In this document: piece by piece, positions 18,979 through 29,415 of the stretch
How positions within the stretch are numbered: the first letter of the stretch is position 1
Layout of the letters: each line of letters opens with the position of its first letter
Assembly (NCBI GenBank): GCA_964022095.1
Contig: CAXHZO010000004.1
Coordinates: 71,593-135,592 of the forward strand
DNA from: an uncultured Arcobacteraceae bacterium
GTDB taxonomy: Bacteria; Campylobacterota; Campylobacteria; Campylobacterales; Arcobacteraceae
Length of the DNA: 64,000 nt
Reading direction: 5' to 3'
Made by a program: the position numbers and the translations under genes
The notes under the pieces: generated by a model
Seen by the model: the letters and a program-made list of their open reading frames with translations, nothing else
The model's database searches: none
Told to the model about the DNA's origin: nothing

Positions 18979-21495
18979 ATGGTTTTTAATAAAAAGAAGT
19001 TTTATACTCTAAGTGATATTAAAAATCAAATTATTTATACTCCTTTAATATTTGTATTTATAGTTTCTATTATCTCATTTGTATTAATTTTTATATTTCT
19101 AAATCATGAAAAAAAATCTAAAATTGATTTTTTTTCACAAAATAATAAGTTTGTACGAGAAAACTTATTAAAAAACTATATCACTAATATTAAGCATAAT
19201 GCAAGTTCAAATTTTGATGACATAGAAATACAATTAAGTAACGCTGTTTATGAAGTTATGGGTTTTATTGATTCTAATGGTGTAAATACTTATATGGATA
19301 TTGAAATTATAAAAGATTATTTAGAAAAACTTGAAAACCAATATAATTTAGATTTTCTTTTATTTGATAACTTAAACTATAAAGTAATTTATGGAGAAAA
19401 AGTAATAAAACGATTGGATAAATTAACTAATTCAACTATTGAAATGGAAGAGTTTACTAATCGAATCTTAGAATATATAGAGTCTATTGGTACAGATAAT
19501 CTGATGTATTGGTTTGATACAAATAAAAGAGCAATTCAGTTAAGTTATGTAGAAAGACTGAAAAATATTTATTGGGTTGTAGGTAGTTTTTCAAAAGTTG
19601 ATGATATGAAAGTATTAACTAATAGAGCTATTCTAGATTCAATTGTAAATAAAAGTAAATTAGTGAAAAATACACATTTTTATTTTTATGATGAACAAAA
19701 CAATAGATTATTTAATTATGATAATAAATCTAGTACAAAGTATGTAAATAAAAATGATTTTGAGCAATTAGCAAAAGATGATTTATTCCATAATTTTAAT
19801 AAATATCATTATAAAGTCTTTATTAAAAAATTTGATAACTTAAATGAAATAAAACAAATTAAAAAAGAGTTTAATTCAAAACTTATTATAGGATATTTAA
19901 TAGTAATTTTATTAGCAGTTTTCTTTATAGTGGCTTCTAATATTTTTGGTCGATTTATAAATACAATATTTAATAAACATAATAAAAGATTAGAAAGAAG
20001 AAATTTTTTATTTAAAAAATGGAAAGAGCGATATGAACTTGCAATTATAGCTTCAAATGATGGTTTATGGGATATGAATCTAAATACAAATGAAATTTTC
20101 TTTTCAAAGAAGTGGCTAGAGATGTTTGGATATAAAAGAAGTGAAATTCAAACGTTTGATCAATGGATGGAAATTATTCATAAAGATGATAAGAAAAAAG
20201 TTCTAAATGAGTATGAAACACATATAAATAAAAAAAGTGAACACTTTATTTGTGAATATAGAATAAAAAATAAAAGTGGAAACTATAAATGGGTGTTAGT
20301 AAGAGGAAAAGAGTTTAATTCAAATAGAATGCTAATGATGTCAATGAATATAGATAAAAGAGTTCAGTTAACAAAAGAGTTAAGGGAAGTAGAATCCTTA
20401 ACTGAATTTGGTAGAATAGTAATCTTTAGATTAAACAATAACAAAAATTTTGATATTAAATTTGTCTCAAGAAGTATAAACAGATACGGATATAATGTAG
20501 AAGATTTTGAAAAGCAAAAAAAGAGTTTTGCAGATATTGTATATAAAGATGATTTATTATTATTAAGAGAAAGTTTAGAGAAAGCAATAAATGAAAATTT
20601 AAACTCATTTACAAATATACATAGAATTATAGATAGAAAAAATGAAATAAAATGGGTATATAACAGAACAATTTTAATTAAAGATGATCATGGAAAAGTA
20701 ACTAGTTTATATGGATATTTAAATGATATTACAAAAATAAAAACAAGTGAAGAAGAGTTAAAACTGAAAGTAAAAGAAGAGGTTGAAAAAAATCTTGAAA
20801 TGGATAGATTATTAGTTCAGCAAAATAAATTAGCTTCAATGGGTGAAATGCTTGGAAATATATCTCACCAATGGAGACAGCCACTTAATAATATTAGTTT
20901 AATAGTACATTTTTTAAGAGATAGTTATGGGAGAATTACAAAAAAAGAATTTGAAGATAATGTAAAAGATGCGAAACTACAATTAGACTTTATGTCTCAA
21001 ACAATCGATGATTTTAGAAACTTTTATAAACCATCCAAACAACTTACAACTTTTGATATAAAAAAGACTATTAATCAAAGTTATAAGATTGTTGAAAAAG
21101 CTTTTGAAGAAAACAAAATAAAATTTGAGATTTTAGGTGAAAATATAGAAGTTAGAAATTATGAAAATGAGTTTGAGCAGGTTATTGTAAATATTTTAAA
21201 TAATGCAATTGATGCAAAAAAAATAAAATCAAAAGAAGTAGATTTTGATGCAAGAGTAAATATAAGTATCATTAAAAATGATAGAAAAGTTGAAATTTTT
21301 ATTTTTAATAATTGTGGAAATATAGATAAAAAGATTATTGATAGAATATTTGAACCGTATTTTACTACAAAGTTTGAAAATCAAGGTACAGGAATAGGTC
21401 TTTATATGACAAAAGTTATAGTTGAAGAGAATATGAAAGGTTCAATAGAAGCTAAAAATATTGATGATGGTGTTGAGTTTAAAATCACAATTTAG
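18979..21495 (+). CDS. Membrane sensor histidine kinase with two PAS domains
   Basis: Two TM segments around a large periplasmic region; PAS (ASNDGLWD, IHKDD); H-box ISHQWRQPL; NILNNA, FEPYFTTK and GTGIGL. Confidence 0.9.
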   Translation: MVFNKKKFYTLSDIKNQIIYTPLIFVFIVSIISFVLIFIFLNHEKKSKIDFFSQNNKFVRENLLKNYITNIKHNASSNFDDIEIQLSNAVYEVMGFIDSNGVNTYMDIEIIKDYLEKLENQYNLDFLLFDNLNYKVIYGEKVIKRLDKLTNSTIEMEEFTNRILEYIESIGTDNLMYWFDTNKRAIQLSYVERLKNIYWVVGSFSKVDDMKVLTNRAILDSIVNKSKLVKNTHFYFYDEQNNRLFNYDNKSSTKYVNKNDFEQLAKDDLFHNFNKYHYKVFIKKFDNLNEIKQIKKEFNSKLIIGYLIVILLAVFFIVASNIFGRFINTIFNKHNKRLERRNFLFKKWKERYELAIIASNDGLWDMNLNTNEIFFSKKWLEMFGYKRSEIQTFDQWMEIIHKDDKKKVLNEYETHINKKSEHFICEYRIKNKSGNYKWVLVRGKEFNSNRMLMMSMNIDKRVQLTKELREVESLTEFGRIVIFRLNNNKNFDIKFVSRSINRYGYNVEDFEKQKKSFADIVYKDDLLLLRESLEKAINENLNSFTNIHRIIDRKNEIKWVYNRTILIKDDHGKVTSLYGYLNDITKIKTSEEELKLKVKEEVEKNLEMDRLLVQQNKLASMGEMLGNISHQWRQPLNNISLIVHFLRDSYGRITKKEFEDNVKDAKLQLDFMSQTIDDFRNFYKPSKQLTTFDIKKTINQSYKIVEKAFEENKIKFEILGENIEVRNYENEFEQVIVNILNNAIDAKKIKSKEVDFDARVNISIIKNDRKVEIFIFNNCGNIDKKIIDRIFEPYFTTKFENQGTGIGLYMTKVIVEENMKGSIEAKNIDDGVEFKITI

Positions 21496-21511
21496 TTTAA
21501 AATATAGATTT

Positions 21512-21520
21512 TGCTATAAT
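21512..21520 (+). promoter_or_regulatory. Extended -10 promoter for the response regulator
   Basis: TGcTATAAT; it overlaps the ORF-track ATG at 21519, so the real start is probably downstream. Confidence 0.55.
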
Positions 21521-21542
21521 GGGAATATATTTGACAGAAAGA

Positions 21543-22271
21543 ATGAAGATGAATAATATTTTTACTAGAGTTTTATTGGTTGAAGATGAAGATATTGCTA
21601 GGAAGACTTTGAGCTTTTATCTTAGCACAATTTTTGATGAAGTTGTTGTTGCATGTGATGGAGAAGAAGGCTTTAGTCTTATAGAAAAAGAGTTTGAAAA
21701 AGAGAAAAACTTTGATCTAGTTTTAACAGATTTAAAAATGCCAAATGTAGATGGTATGAATATGATCGATAAGATATTAGAGTTAGTTCCAAATCAAAGA
21801 TTTATAATTGTAAGTGCTCATAAAAATGAAGAAGATTTACTTAAACTTATAAATCTTAGAATTTTAGGATATTTTGTAAAACCATTAAACATTGATACTA
21901 TGATGGAACTTTTACAAAAAGCAAAAGATGAGGTTTTAGAAGAGAAAATAATGGAAGCTTCAATTAATACTAATCTTTTAAAACTAAATAATACATATAC
22001 TTTTGATTTAGAAAGTAATAATTTATATGAAAATGATATTGTTATGAAGTTGTCAAAAAAAGAATCAGAGATACTAGATGTTTTAATTAAAAACCTTGGA
22101 AGTCTTGTTACTCTTGAAATGTTTAAAATAGAAGTTTGGAATGATGTAACTATTAGTGATTCATCTTTTAGAACTGTTATGAAAAGATTAAAAGATAAAT
22201 TAAAAGATGATGATTTTATAATCTCTCAAAAAGGCTTTGGTTATAAGATTGAAAAGACTTTATCAAAATAA
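21543..22271 (+). CDS. Response regulator (receiver plus winged helix); start at 21543 or 21549
   Basis: VLLVEDE, TDLKMP, VSA and VKP; C-terminal KGFGYKI. Confidence 0.9.
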   Translation: MKMNNIFTRVLLVEDEDIARKTLSFYLSTIFDEVVVACDGEEGFSLIEKEFEKEKNFDLVLTDLKMPNVDGMNMIDKILELVPNQRFIIVSAHKNEEDLLKLINLRILGYFVKPLNIDTMMELLQKAKDEVLEEKIMEASINTNLLKLNNTYTFDLESNNLYENDIVMKLSKKESEILDVLIKNLGSLVTLEMFKIEVWNDVTISDSSFRTVMKRLKDKLKDDDFIISQKGFGYKIEKTLSK

Positions 22272-22298
22272 CAAAAGAGATTAACTCTTTTGTTTTTT
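22270..22298. terminator. Hairpin at the convergent regulator/permease junction
   Basis: AACAAAAGAG-ATTAA-CTCTTTTGTT followed by a T-run. Confidence 0.6.
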
Positions 22299-24383
22299 TA
22301 CTCTACTTTTTTGAATAAAGTATAAGCCTACAATAATCCCTATCCCTAAAATATACGAAATATAATGTGTTGGTAAACTTAAATACTCTTCCATAATTTT
22401 TGGTAAGAACATAAGTGGAACGGGTACTAAAAATAAGAATCTTTCAATAATATTTGTTTTTATTACAAAATATCCTTGTGTGAAACAAGAGAAAGATACC
22501 ATCCCTATAAACGCAGTTGTAAATATGATTAAAATTTCAACCGGATTTGTAATCCATATCCATCCACTTGGATTAGCAGGATTTAATTCGTCAACTCCTG
22601 ATATTAGCAGCAGTTCTGGATTAAAGAAGAACATAAATGGTAAAATCGCCGTTCTAATATCATATTTAAATCCTTGAATACCTGTTTTAATTGGATCAGC
22701 TTTAGCAATACCAGCAGCTGCATAAGCAGCAAGTCCAACAGGAGGGGTGTCATCTGCTAAAATACCAAAGTAGAACACAAATAAATGTGCTGCAATTGCT
22801 GGAATTAAGTATCCATTATCTCCTGCAAGTGTTAAAATAACAGGTGCAGTTAATGATGCCATTACAATATAGTTTGCAGTAGTTGGTAATCCCATTCCTA
22901 AAATAAGTGAGATAATAGCTGCTAAGAATAAAATTGCAAAGATATTTCCGCCTGATAGAGTTTCAACAACTTCAAGTAATACTTGTCCAAGTCCAGTTAG
23001 TGTAATACTTCCAACAACAATACCCGCAAGTGCTGTTGCAATTGCAATAGGAACCATATTTTTAGCACCACTTATCATACCTGCTAAAATATCTACAAAA
23101 CCAGAAAGCCATATTTCTTTTGTGATTTTTTCTTTTGCTAAGAAAGCTCTAAATGGATGCTGTACTACCATTAGAAGCATTAAAAGCATGATTGCATTAA
23201 AAGCAGCACTTGCAGCACTCTCTCTTAATACCATAAGAGTATATAGCAAAAAGAATATTGGAACTAAATAGTGAATACCTTGAACAAATGTTTTCCATTT
23301 TGGAGGTAAGTCTTCATCGTCCATTCCTTTAAGACCAAGTTTTAATGCTTCTAAGTGAACTATATAAAATAGTGCAAAATAAGAAACAAATGCAGGAATA
23401 AATGCAGCTATAATAACATCAGTATAAGCCATACCTAAAAATTCTGCAATAATAAATGCAGCAGCTCCCATAACAGGTGGCATTAACTGACCATTAGTTG
23501 AAGATGCAACTTCAACAGCTCCTGCTTGTTCAGGCCTAAATCCAGTTTTTTTCATAAGTGGAATTGTAAAAGTTCCTGTAGTTACTGTATTTGCAATTGA
23601 TGAACCACTCATAATTCCTGTAAATCCAGAAGCAACAACAGAAGCTTTTGCAGGACCTCCTCTAAATTTACCAAGCATTGCAAAAGCTAGGTTGATAAAG
23701 TATTCACCAGCTCCTGCTTTATCTAAAAGTGAACCAAATAGTACAAATAAAAATACAAATCCAGCAGATACTCCAAGTGGAACACCAAAAATACCTTCAG
23801 TGGTTAAGTACATATGTCCTGCAAGTTTATTTAAACTAGCACCTTTATGAATAATAAGTTCAGGCATATAAGGACCTAAAAAGTCATATGCTAAAAATAC
23901 AATAGCAATTAAACTAAGTGCAAAACCAAGTACTCTTCTACCTGCTTCAATTAATATGATAATTGCAAGAATTGCTAAGATAATATCTGTTTGAGTATAA
24001 TCACCAGGTCTTAGTGCTAGTTCTTCATAAAAAACTGCAATATATGATGCAGTTGCAATTCCTAAAGCCATAAATGTATATCCAAACCATCTTACTTTCT
24101 TTAAAAAGTATGGTTTTTTAATCATTGGGTATATTAAAAATGCTAGCGCCATTGCAAAAGTTAAGTGAATAGATCTGGAAATAGTGGAGTTAATTGGTTC
24201 AACTACAATATATAGCTGAAACATTGACCATGCTAAAGCAATAATTGAGATTATCCAAAATTCATAGTGCTGTGAACCGAAAACTCTTTGTCCTTCAAGC
24301 TCATTAACTACAGCTTCTGTTTCATGAAGAGACTCTTCTTCAAGTTCAGACATTTTATGAGGTTTTTCTTCATAAATAGCCAT
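22281..24383 (-). CDS. TAXI-TRAP transporter fused 4TM/12TM permease
   Basis: GIFGVPLGVS, GGPAKASV, SGSSIANTVTTG, GQLMPPVMGAAAF, GMGLPTTANY and DTPPVGLAA. Start MAIYEEK at 24383 follows SD AAGGA; the track gives 24419. Confidence 0.92.
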   Translation of the reverse strand: MAIYEEKPHKMSELEEESLHETEAVVNELEGQRVFGSQHYEFWIISIIALAWSMFQLYIVVEPINSTISRSIHLTFAMALAFLIYPMIKKPYFLKKVRWFGYTFMALGIATASYIAVFYEELALRPGDYTQTDIILAILAIIILIEAGRRVLGFALSLIAIVFLAYDFLGPYMPELIIHKGASLNKLAGHMYLTTEGIFGVPLGVSAGFVFLFVLFGSLLDKAGAGEYFINLAFAMLGKFRGGPAKASVVASGFTGIMSGSSIANTVTTGTFTIPLMKKTGFRPEQAGAVEVASSTNGQLMPPVMGAAAFIIAEFLGMAYTDVIIAAFIPAFVSYFALFYIVHLEALKLGLKGMDDEDLPPKWKTFVQGIHYLVPIFFLLYTLMVLRESAASAAFNAIMLLMLLMVVQHPFRAFLAKEKITKEIWLSGFVDILAGMISGAKNMVPIAIATALAGIVVGSITLTGLGQVLLEVVETLSGGNIFAILFLAAIISLILGMGLPTTANYIVMASLTAPVILTLAGDNGYLIPAIAAHLFVFYFGILADDTPPVGLAAYAAAGIAKADPIKTGIQGFKYDIRTAILPFMFFFNPELLLISGVDELNPANPSGWIWITNPVEILIIFTTAFIGMVSFSCFTQGYFVIKTNIIERFLFLVPVPLMFLPKIMEEYLSLPTHYISYILGIGIIVGLYFIQKSRVKKQKS

Positions 24384-24417
24384 GATGTATCCTTTGATTG
24401 TTTGTGTATATCTTCTC

Positions 24418-24483
24418 ATACTTCATTTAACAAAATTAAATGAAGTATAAAAATAGAGTTCAAGAGGAATTAATCCTCTTGAA
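24418..24483 (-). terminator. Two tandem hairpins between the TAXI binding protein and the permease
   Basis: 13-bp stem at 24418..24448 and 10-bp stem at 24459..24483. Confidence 0.55.
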
Positions 24484-24498
24484 GTAAAAGTTAAGAAA

Positions 24499-25446
24499 TT
24501 ATTTTAAAATTCCACTTTCTTGGAAGTATTTTTTAGCTCCATCATGTAATGGTGCAGAAAGACCGTCTAATAAAGACTCTTTTGTTATATTATTGTATGC
24601 TGGATGTAATTTCTTGAAATCTTCAAAGTTTTCTAAAATTGCTTTTACAACTGTATATACCGCTTTTGAACTAACATCATCGCTAGTTACTAATACAGCT
24701 TTTACACCAAATGTTGGAGTAGGGTTTTCATTTCCTTTATATAATCCACCTGGTACATCTGCTTTTGCAAAGTATGGGTACTTTTTGATTAGACCATCTA
24801 CATTTTCACCTGCAATTGGAGTAATTTTCACATCAACAGAGTTTGAAGCATCTTTAATATTTGCAGTTGGGTGTCCTACCATATAAAAGTATCCATCAAT
24901 TTTATTATCTCTTAATGCATCTGGCATTTCAGAAGCTTTAAGTGCACCTGCAAAAGATAAATCATCTTTTTTAATTCCACTTTCTTTAAAAAGTGTTAGA
25001 GCTGTTGCTTCATTACCACTTCCTGGATTTCCAAGATTGATTCTTTTACCTTTTACATCAGATAATTTATTAATATTAGCTTCTTTTCTAGTTACTAAAG
25101 TTAATAATTCAGGATAAATAGCCATAACTGACTTTAATTTAGGAACGGCCTTACCTTTAAATTTACCTTCACCTTTACTAGCTTGATATACAACATCAGA
25201 TTGAGCAATACCAAAATCTAGCTCACCATTTTTTATAGTATTAATATTATACACTGAACCTCCAGTTGATTCAACTGAACATCTGATTTTTGTCTCTTTT
25301 TTGTATTTGTTAACTAATCTACAAATAGCTCCACCTGTTGGATAGTAAGTGCCAGTAACACCACCTGTTCCAATAGTAATAAATTCAGCAGAAAATGCTG
25401 GTATTGATAATAAACCTACTAATGTAGCTGTAGCAATCTTTTTCAT
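24499..25446 (-). CDS. TAXI family TRAP solute-binding protein
   Basis: Signal peptide, ITIGTGGVTGTYYPTGG, STGGSVYN, GNPGSG and PLHDGAKKYF. Confidence 0.93.
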   Translation of the reverse strand: MKKIATATLVGLLSIPAFSAEFITIGTGGVTGTYYPTGGAICRLVNKYKKETKIRCSVESTGGSVYNINTIKNGELDFGIAQSDVVYQASKGEGKFKGKAVPKLKSVMAIYPELLTLVTRKEANINKLSDVKGKRINLGNPGSGNEATALTLFKESGIKKDDLSFAGALKASEMPDALRDNKIDGYFYMVGHPTANIKDASNSVDVKITPIAGENVDGLIKKYPYFAKADVPGGLYKGNENPTPTFGVKAVLVTSDDVSSKAVYTVVKAILENFEDFKKLHPAYNNITKESLLDGLSAPLHDGAKKYFQESGILK

Positions 25447-25634
25447 TCTTTTCTCCTTTTAGTACAACTATCAGTAATTAATCACATAAAAGTTGTTTGT
25501 ATAATAGAATTTATCATATTAAAAATTCAACTAAACTTAAAAATAAATAAAGTTATTTTTTAATAAACAGGTTTAAGTCTAATTTTTATACATTGTCAAT
25601 TTTGCAAAAAATTTGCCAATTTTATTAAAACTAC

Positions 25635-25664
25635 TTGACAAATAAAGACTCAATAAGTTATAAT
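25635..25664 (+). promoter_or_regulatory. sigma70 promoter of hrcA-grpE-dnaK, with an overlapping HAIR-like (HspR) site at 25634..25654
   Basis: TTGACA-18nt-TATAAT; CTTGACA-N7-ACTCAAT versus HAIR consensus CTTGAGT-N7-ACTCAAG. Confidence 0.75.
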
Positions 25665-25667
25665 TCT

Positions 25668-25694
25668 TTAGCAGTTTAAGATAATGAGTGCTAA
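25668..25694 (+). promoter_or_regulatory. CIRCE element (HrcA operator)
   Basis: TTAGCAGTT-N9-GAGTGCTAA versus consensus TTAGCACTC-N9-GAGTGCTAA. Confidence 0.9.
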
Positions 25695-25717
25695 AAATAT
25701 AAAATGGTAGTAAATAA

Positions 25718-26506
25718 ATGGATAAAAAAGAGTTTTTATTACAGTCTATTATTAAAGCTTACATTGAGCATTTAGAGCCAATTGGTTCTACACAATTAAA
25801 ATCAATGTATGACATTGCTTATTCTCCAGCTACTATAAGAGGTTACTTTAAAAAGCTTGGAGATGAAGGTTTTTTAGCCCAAGAGCATGTTAGTAGTGGA
25901 AGAACTCCAACTAGTGAAGCTTTAAAACAGTATTGGGAAATGAAACTTAATTTTAAACTAAAAGGTATTAATTTACGAGCATTACAATATTTTGCATCTG
26001 AAATTGGGCTGTCGGTTTTTGTTAAAAAAGAAAAATCTGATATTTTACAAAATATCATAAATGTAGAAGACAGATATATGATATTAGAGTTTTCGTCATT
26101 TGCAGTGAGTATTAAATACTCTGATGCATTACACAGATTTTTAAAAGATATGATAAGTCTTACTTTAAATGATATTTTAAAAATATCAAAAGATGTTGGT
26201 GCATATGAATTGTATGAAGCAATTAGCAACAATATTCAAAATAATGATTTTGAAATATTTAATTATAAAGAGTTTTTAAATTTAGCATTAACTTATAATT
26301 TTGATGAATTTACAATTAATAGATTTCTAAAAGGTCATATCTTAGATGATATAAAAGAAGGTCTTTATTTTGAGAACTTATTGCCTGATGATTATATAGG
26401 AATTTGTCACAATTGTATGATAAACAATGAAGATGTAAAAATGTTGGTTGTTGGACAACTTCCAAAAAATTATGAATATTTTTATAGAAAAATTACAACA
26501 TTTTAG
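25718..26506 (+). CDS. hrcA: Heat-inducible transcription repressor HrcA (short epsilonproteobacterial type)
   Basis: YIEHLEPIGS, SPATIR and QEHVSSGRTPT; located before grpE-dnaK with CIRCE upstream. Confidence 0.9.
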   Translation: MDKKEFLLQSIIKAYIEHLEPIGSTQLKSMYDIAYSPATIRGYFKKLGDEGFLAQEHVSSGRTPTSEALKQYWEMKLNFKLKGINLRALQYFASEIGLSVFVKKEKSDILQNIINVEDRYMILEFSSFAVSIKYSDALHRFLKDMISLTLNDILKISKDVGAYELYEAISNNIQNNDFEIFNYKEFLNLALTYNFDEFTINRFLKGHILDDIKEGLYFENLLPDDYIGICHNCMINNEDVKMLVVGQLPKNYEYFYRKITTF

Positions 26507-26514
26507 GAGAATAA

Positions 26515-27078
26515 ATGAGCGAAGAGAAAAATGAAGAGTTAAAACAAGAAGAAGTTGAAACTCTAGAGGCTTCTGAGGAAACAGTAGAAGAAACAGAAGT
26601 AAAAGAGCAAAGTGCTGAAGAAAAAATTGCTGAGCTTGAAGAGCAATTAAAAAGTGAGCAAGAAAAATATTTAAGAGTTCATGCAGATTTTGAAAATATT
26701 AAAAAAAGATTAGAAAAAGAGAAATATGCAGCGATTGATTATGCAAGTGAAAAGTTTGCAAAAGATCTTTTAACTCCAATTGATACTTTAGAAATGGCAC
26801 TAGCATCTGAAGAAGCTGCTGATTTACCATCTGATGAGTTATTAGGTAAGTTAAAAGAAGGTGTTGAATTAACAATTAAAAACTTCTATACTGCATTTGA
26901 AAAGCATGATATCTCTATTGTAGAAACAGATGGTGAATTTGATCCTAATTTTCACAATGCAGTAATGCAAGTAGATAGTGAAGATCATGAAAGTGGTCAA
27001 ATTGTACAACAACTACAAAAGGGCTACAAATTAAAAGATAGGTTATTAAGACCTGCAATGGTTAGCATAGCTAATTAA
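26515..27078 (+). CDS. grpE: Nucleotide exchange factor GrpE
   Basis: ADFENIKKR, FDPNFHNAV and QKGYKLKDRLLRPAMV. Confidence 0.97.
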   Translation: MSEEKNEELKQEEVETLEASEETVEETEVKEQSAEEKIAELEEQLKSEQEKYLRVHADFENIKKRLEKEKYAAIDYASEKFAKDLLTPIDTLEMALASEEAADLPSDELLGKLKEGVELTIKNFYTAFEKHDISIVETDGEFDPNFHNAVMQVDSEDHESGQIVQQLQKGYKLKDRLLRPAMVSIAN

Positions 27079-27164
27079 AAAATTGACCGTAATGTCTATA
27101 AACTAAAAAATTTGAATAAGTTATAAACTTAAATAAAAAAATAAAAAATGATAAGGAAGAAAAA

Positions 27165-29051
27165 ATGAGTAAAGTAATCGGAATTGACTTAGGTACAACA
27201 AACTCTTGTATGGCAGTTTATGAAAATGGTGAAGCAAAAGTAATATCTAACAAAGAGGGTAAAAATACAACTCCTTCAATTGTAGCATTTACTGACAAAG
27301 GTGAAGTACTAGTAGGTGATCCAGCAAAAAGACAAGCTATTACAAACCCAGAAAAAACTATTTATTCTATTAAAAGAATTATGGGTTTAATGATGGATGA
27401 GAATAATGCTAAAGAAGCACAATCTAAAGTTGGTTATAAAATCGTTGATAGAAACGGTGCAGCAGCAGTTGAAATTGGAGATAAAGTTTATACTCCACAA
27501 GAAATTTCTGCAAAAATTTTAGGAAAATTAAAAACTGATGCTGAAGAGTATTTAGGAGCACCTGTAACTGATGCAGTTATTACAGTTCCAGCTTACTTTA
27601 ATGATGCACAAAGAAAAGCAACTCAAGAAGCAGGAACAATTGCTGGTTTAAATGTATTAAGAATTATCAATGAGCCAACTGCTGCTTCATTAGCATATGG
27701 TTTAGATAAAAAAGGTGAAGAAAAAGTATTAGTATATGATTTAGGTGGTGGTACTTTTGATGTTACTGTATTAGAAATTGGTGATGGTACATTTGAAGTA
27801 TTATCTACTGATGGTAATGCATTCTTAGGTGGAGATGATTTCGATAATGCAATTATTGATTGGTTAGCAAGTGAATTTGAATCTGAAAATGGTTTTGATA
27901 TTAAAAATGACAAAATGGCATTACAAAGATTAAAAGATGCAGCTGAGAATGCTAAAAAAGAGTTATCTTCTGCTGATTCAACTGAAATCAACTTGCCATT
28001 CATTTCTATGGGAAGTGCAGGACCAGTTCACTTAGTTAAATCATTAACTAGAGCTAAATTTGAGTCTATGACTGAGCATTTAATTGCTGAGACTTTAGAG
28101 CACATCAAAACTGCATTAGATGATGCAGGATTATCTAAAGATGAGATTCAAGAAGTAATTATGGTTGGTGGATCTACTAGATTACCAAAAGCAAATGCAG
28201 TTGTTAAAGATTTCTTTGGAAAAGATTTAAATAAAGGTGTAAATCCTGATGAGGTTGTTGCTGCTGGTGCTGCTGTTCAAGCTGGTGTATTAAAAGGTGA
28301 TGTTAAAGATGTATTATTATTAGACGTTACTCCTTTATCATTAGGTATTGAAACTTTAGGTGGAGTAATGACAAGATTAATTGAAAAAGGTACTACAATT
28401 CCTGTTAAAAAATCTCAAGTATTCTCAACTGCTGAAGATAACCAACCTGCAGTTTCTATTCACGTAGGTCAAGGTGAAAGAGAATTTGCTAAAGATAACA
28501 AATCACTTGGTATGTTTGAATTATCTGATATTCCAGCAGCTCCAAGAGGTGTTCCTCAAATTGAAGTAACATTTGATATTGATGCAAATGGTGTTTTAAA
28601 TGTGTCTGCTAAAGATAAAGGAACTGGTAAAGAGAACAAAATTACTATCTCTGGTTCATCTGGATTATCTGATGAAGAAATCGAAAAAATGGTAAATGAA
28701 GCAGAAGCAAATAAAGAAGCTGATGCACAAAGAAAAGAAGTAATTGAAGTTAGAAATCAAGCTGACGCTTTATTACATAGTACAAGAAAAACTTTAGAAG
28801 AAAATCCAGATGCAGTTAACGAAGAAGAAACTAAAGCAATCGTTGATGCAGCAGCTGAGTTAGAAGAAATCTTAAAAGATGAAAATGCTACTAAAGAGCA
28901 AATTGAAGAGAAAGTTAAATCATTAACTGAAAAATCTCATAAATTAGCTGAAGCTATGTATAAAAAAGAGGGTGGTGACCAAGCTGGTACACAACCAAAC
29001 CAAAAAGCAAAAAAAGATGACGACGATGTTATCGATGCTGAAGTAGAGTAA
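27165..29051 (+). CDS. dnaK: Chaperone DnaK
   Basis: [35 protein letters not shown] and C-terminal VIDAEVE. Confidence 0.99.
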   Translation: MSKVIGIDLGTTNSCMAVYENGEAKVISNKEGKNTTPSIVAFTDKGEVLVGDPAKRQAITNPEKTIYSIKRIMGLMMDENNAKEAQSKVGYKIVDRNGAAAVEIGDKVYTPQEISAKILGKLKTDAEEYLGAPVTDAVITVPAYFNDAQRKATQEAGTIAGLNVLRIINEPTAASLAYGLDKKGEEKVLVYDLGGGTFDVTVLEIGDGTFEVLSTDGNAFLGGDDFDNAIIDWLASEFESENGFDIKNDKMALQRLKDAAENAKKELSSADSTEINLPFISMGSAGPVHLVKSLTRAKFESMTEHLIAETLEHIKTALDDAGLSKDEIQEVIMVGGSTRLPKANAVVKDFFGKDLNKGVNPDEVVAAGAAVQAGVLKGDVKDVLLLDVTPLSLGIETLGGVMTRLIEKGTTIPVKKSQVFSTAEDNQPAVSIHVGQGEREFAKDNKSLGMFELSDIPAAPRGVPQIEVTFDIDANGVLNVSAKDKGTGKENKITISGSSGLSDEEIEKMVNEAEANKEADAQRKEVIEVRNQADALLHSTRKTLEENPDAVNEEETKAIVDAAAELEEILKDENATKEQIEEKVKSLTEKSHKLAEAMYKKEGGDQAGTQPNQKAKKDDDDVIDAEVE

Positions 29052-29061
29052 TCTCTACTTC

Positions 29062-29361
29062 ATGCAAACTTTAGTTTTAATACTAATTCTTTTTTTAATC
29101 TCAATATTTTCTGTTATGCTTTATTTTAAAAGTAAAGGAAGCAGACTACAAAAATTAAATAGTGGTGAATGTCCAACTTGTGGAGCTAAACCCAAAATTT
29201 TTACAGATTCAAAAACAAACACTACTTTTAAAACAGATGTTATAAGTTCAAGAATTCTAAAAAATCATGGATGCTCTGGTGCAATTGACATGGAATATAC
29301 TTGTAAAAACTGTGGGATGAAGGAAGTTCACTCAACTCCAAATAGTTCATGTGGAATGTAA
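29062..29361 (+). CDS. Membrane-anchored zinc-ribbon-like hypothetical protein
   Basis: N-terminal TM segment, CPTC and CKNC motifs, extra Cys residues; 10 nt after dnaK. Confidence 0.7.
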   Translation: MQTLVLILILFLISIFSVMLYFKSKGSRLQKLNSGECPTCGAKPKIFTDSKTNTTFKTDVISSRILKNHGCSGAIDMEYTCKNCGMKEVHSTPNSSCGM

Positions 29362-29415
29362 TTACGAATCATTAACTTTTTATGTTTATAATCAATAAAA
29401 AATAAAGATTATAAA

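Noticed and set aside
27079-27130. Second HAIR-like site or internal promoter between grpE and dnaK (TTGACC...TATAAACT, with TATAAACT repeated)
   Set aside because: Spacing and the right half-site match too poorly to call without footprinting.
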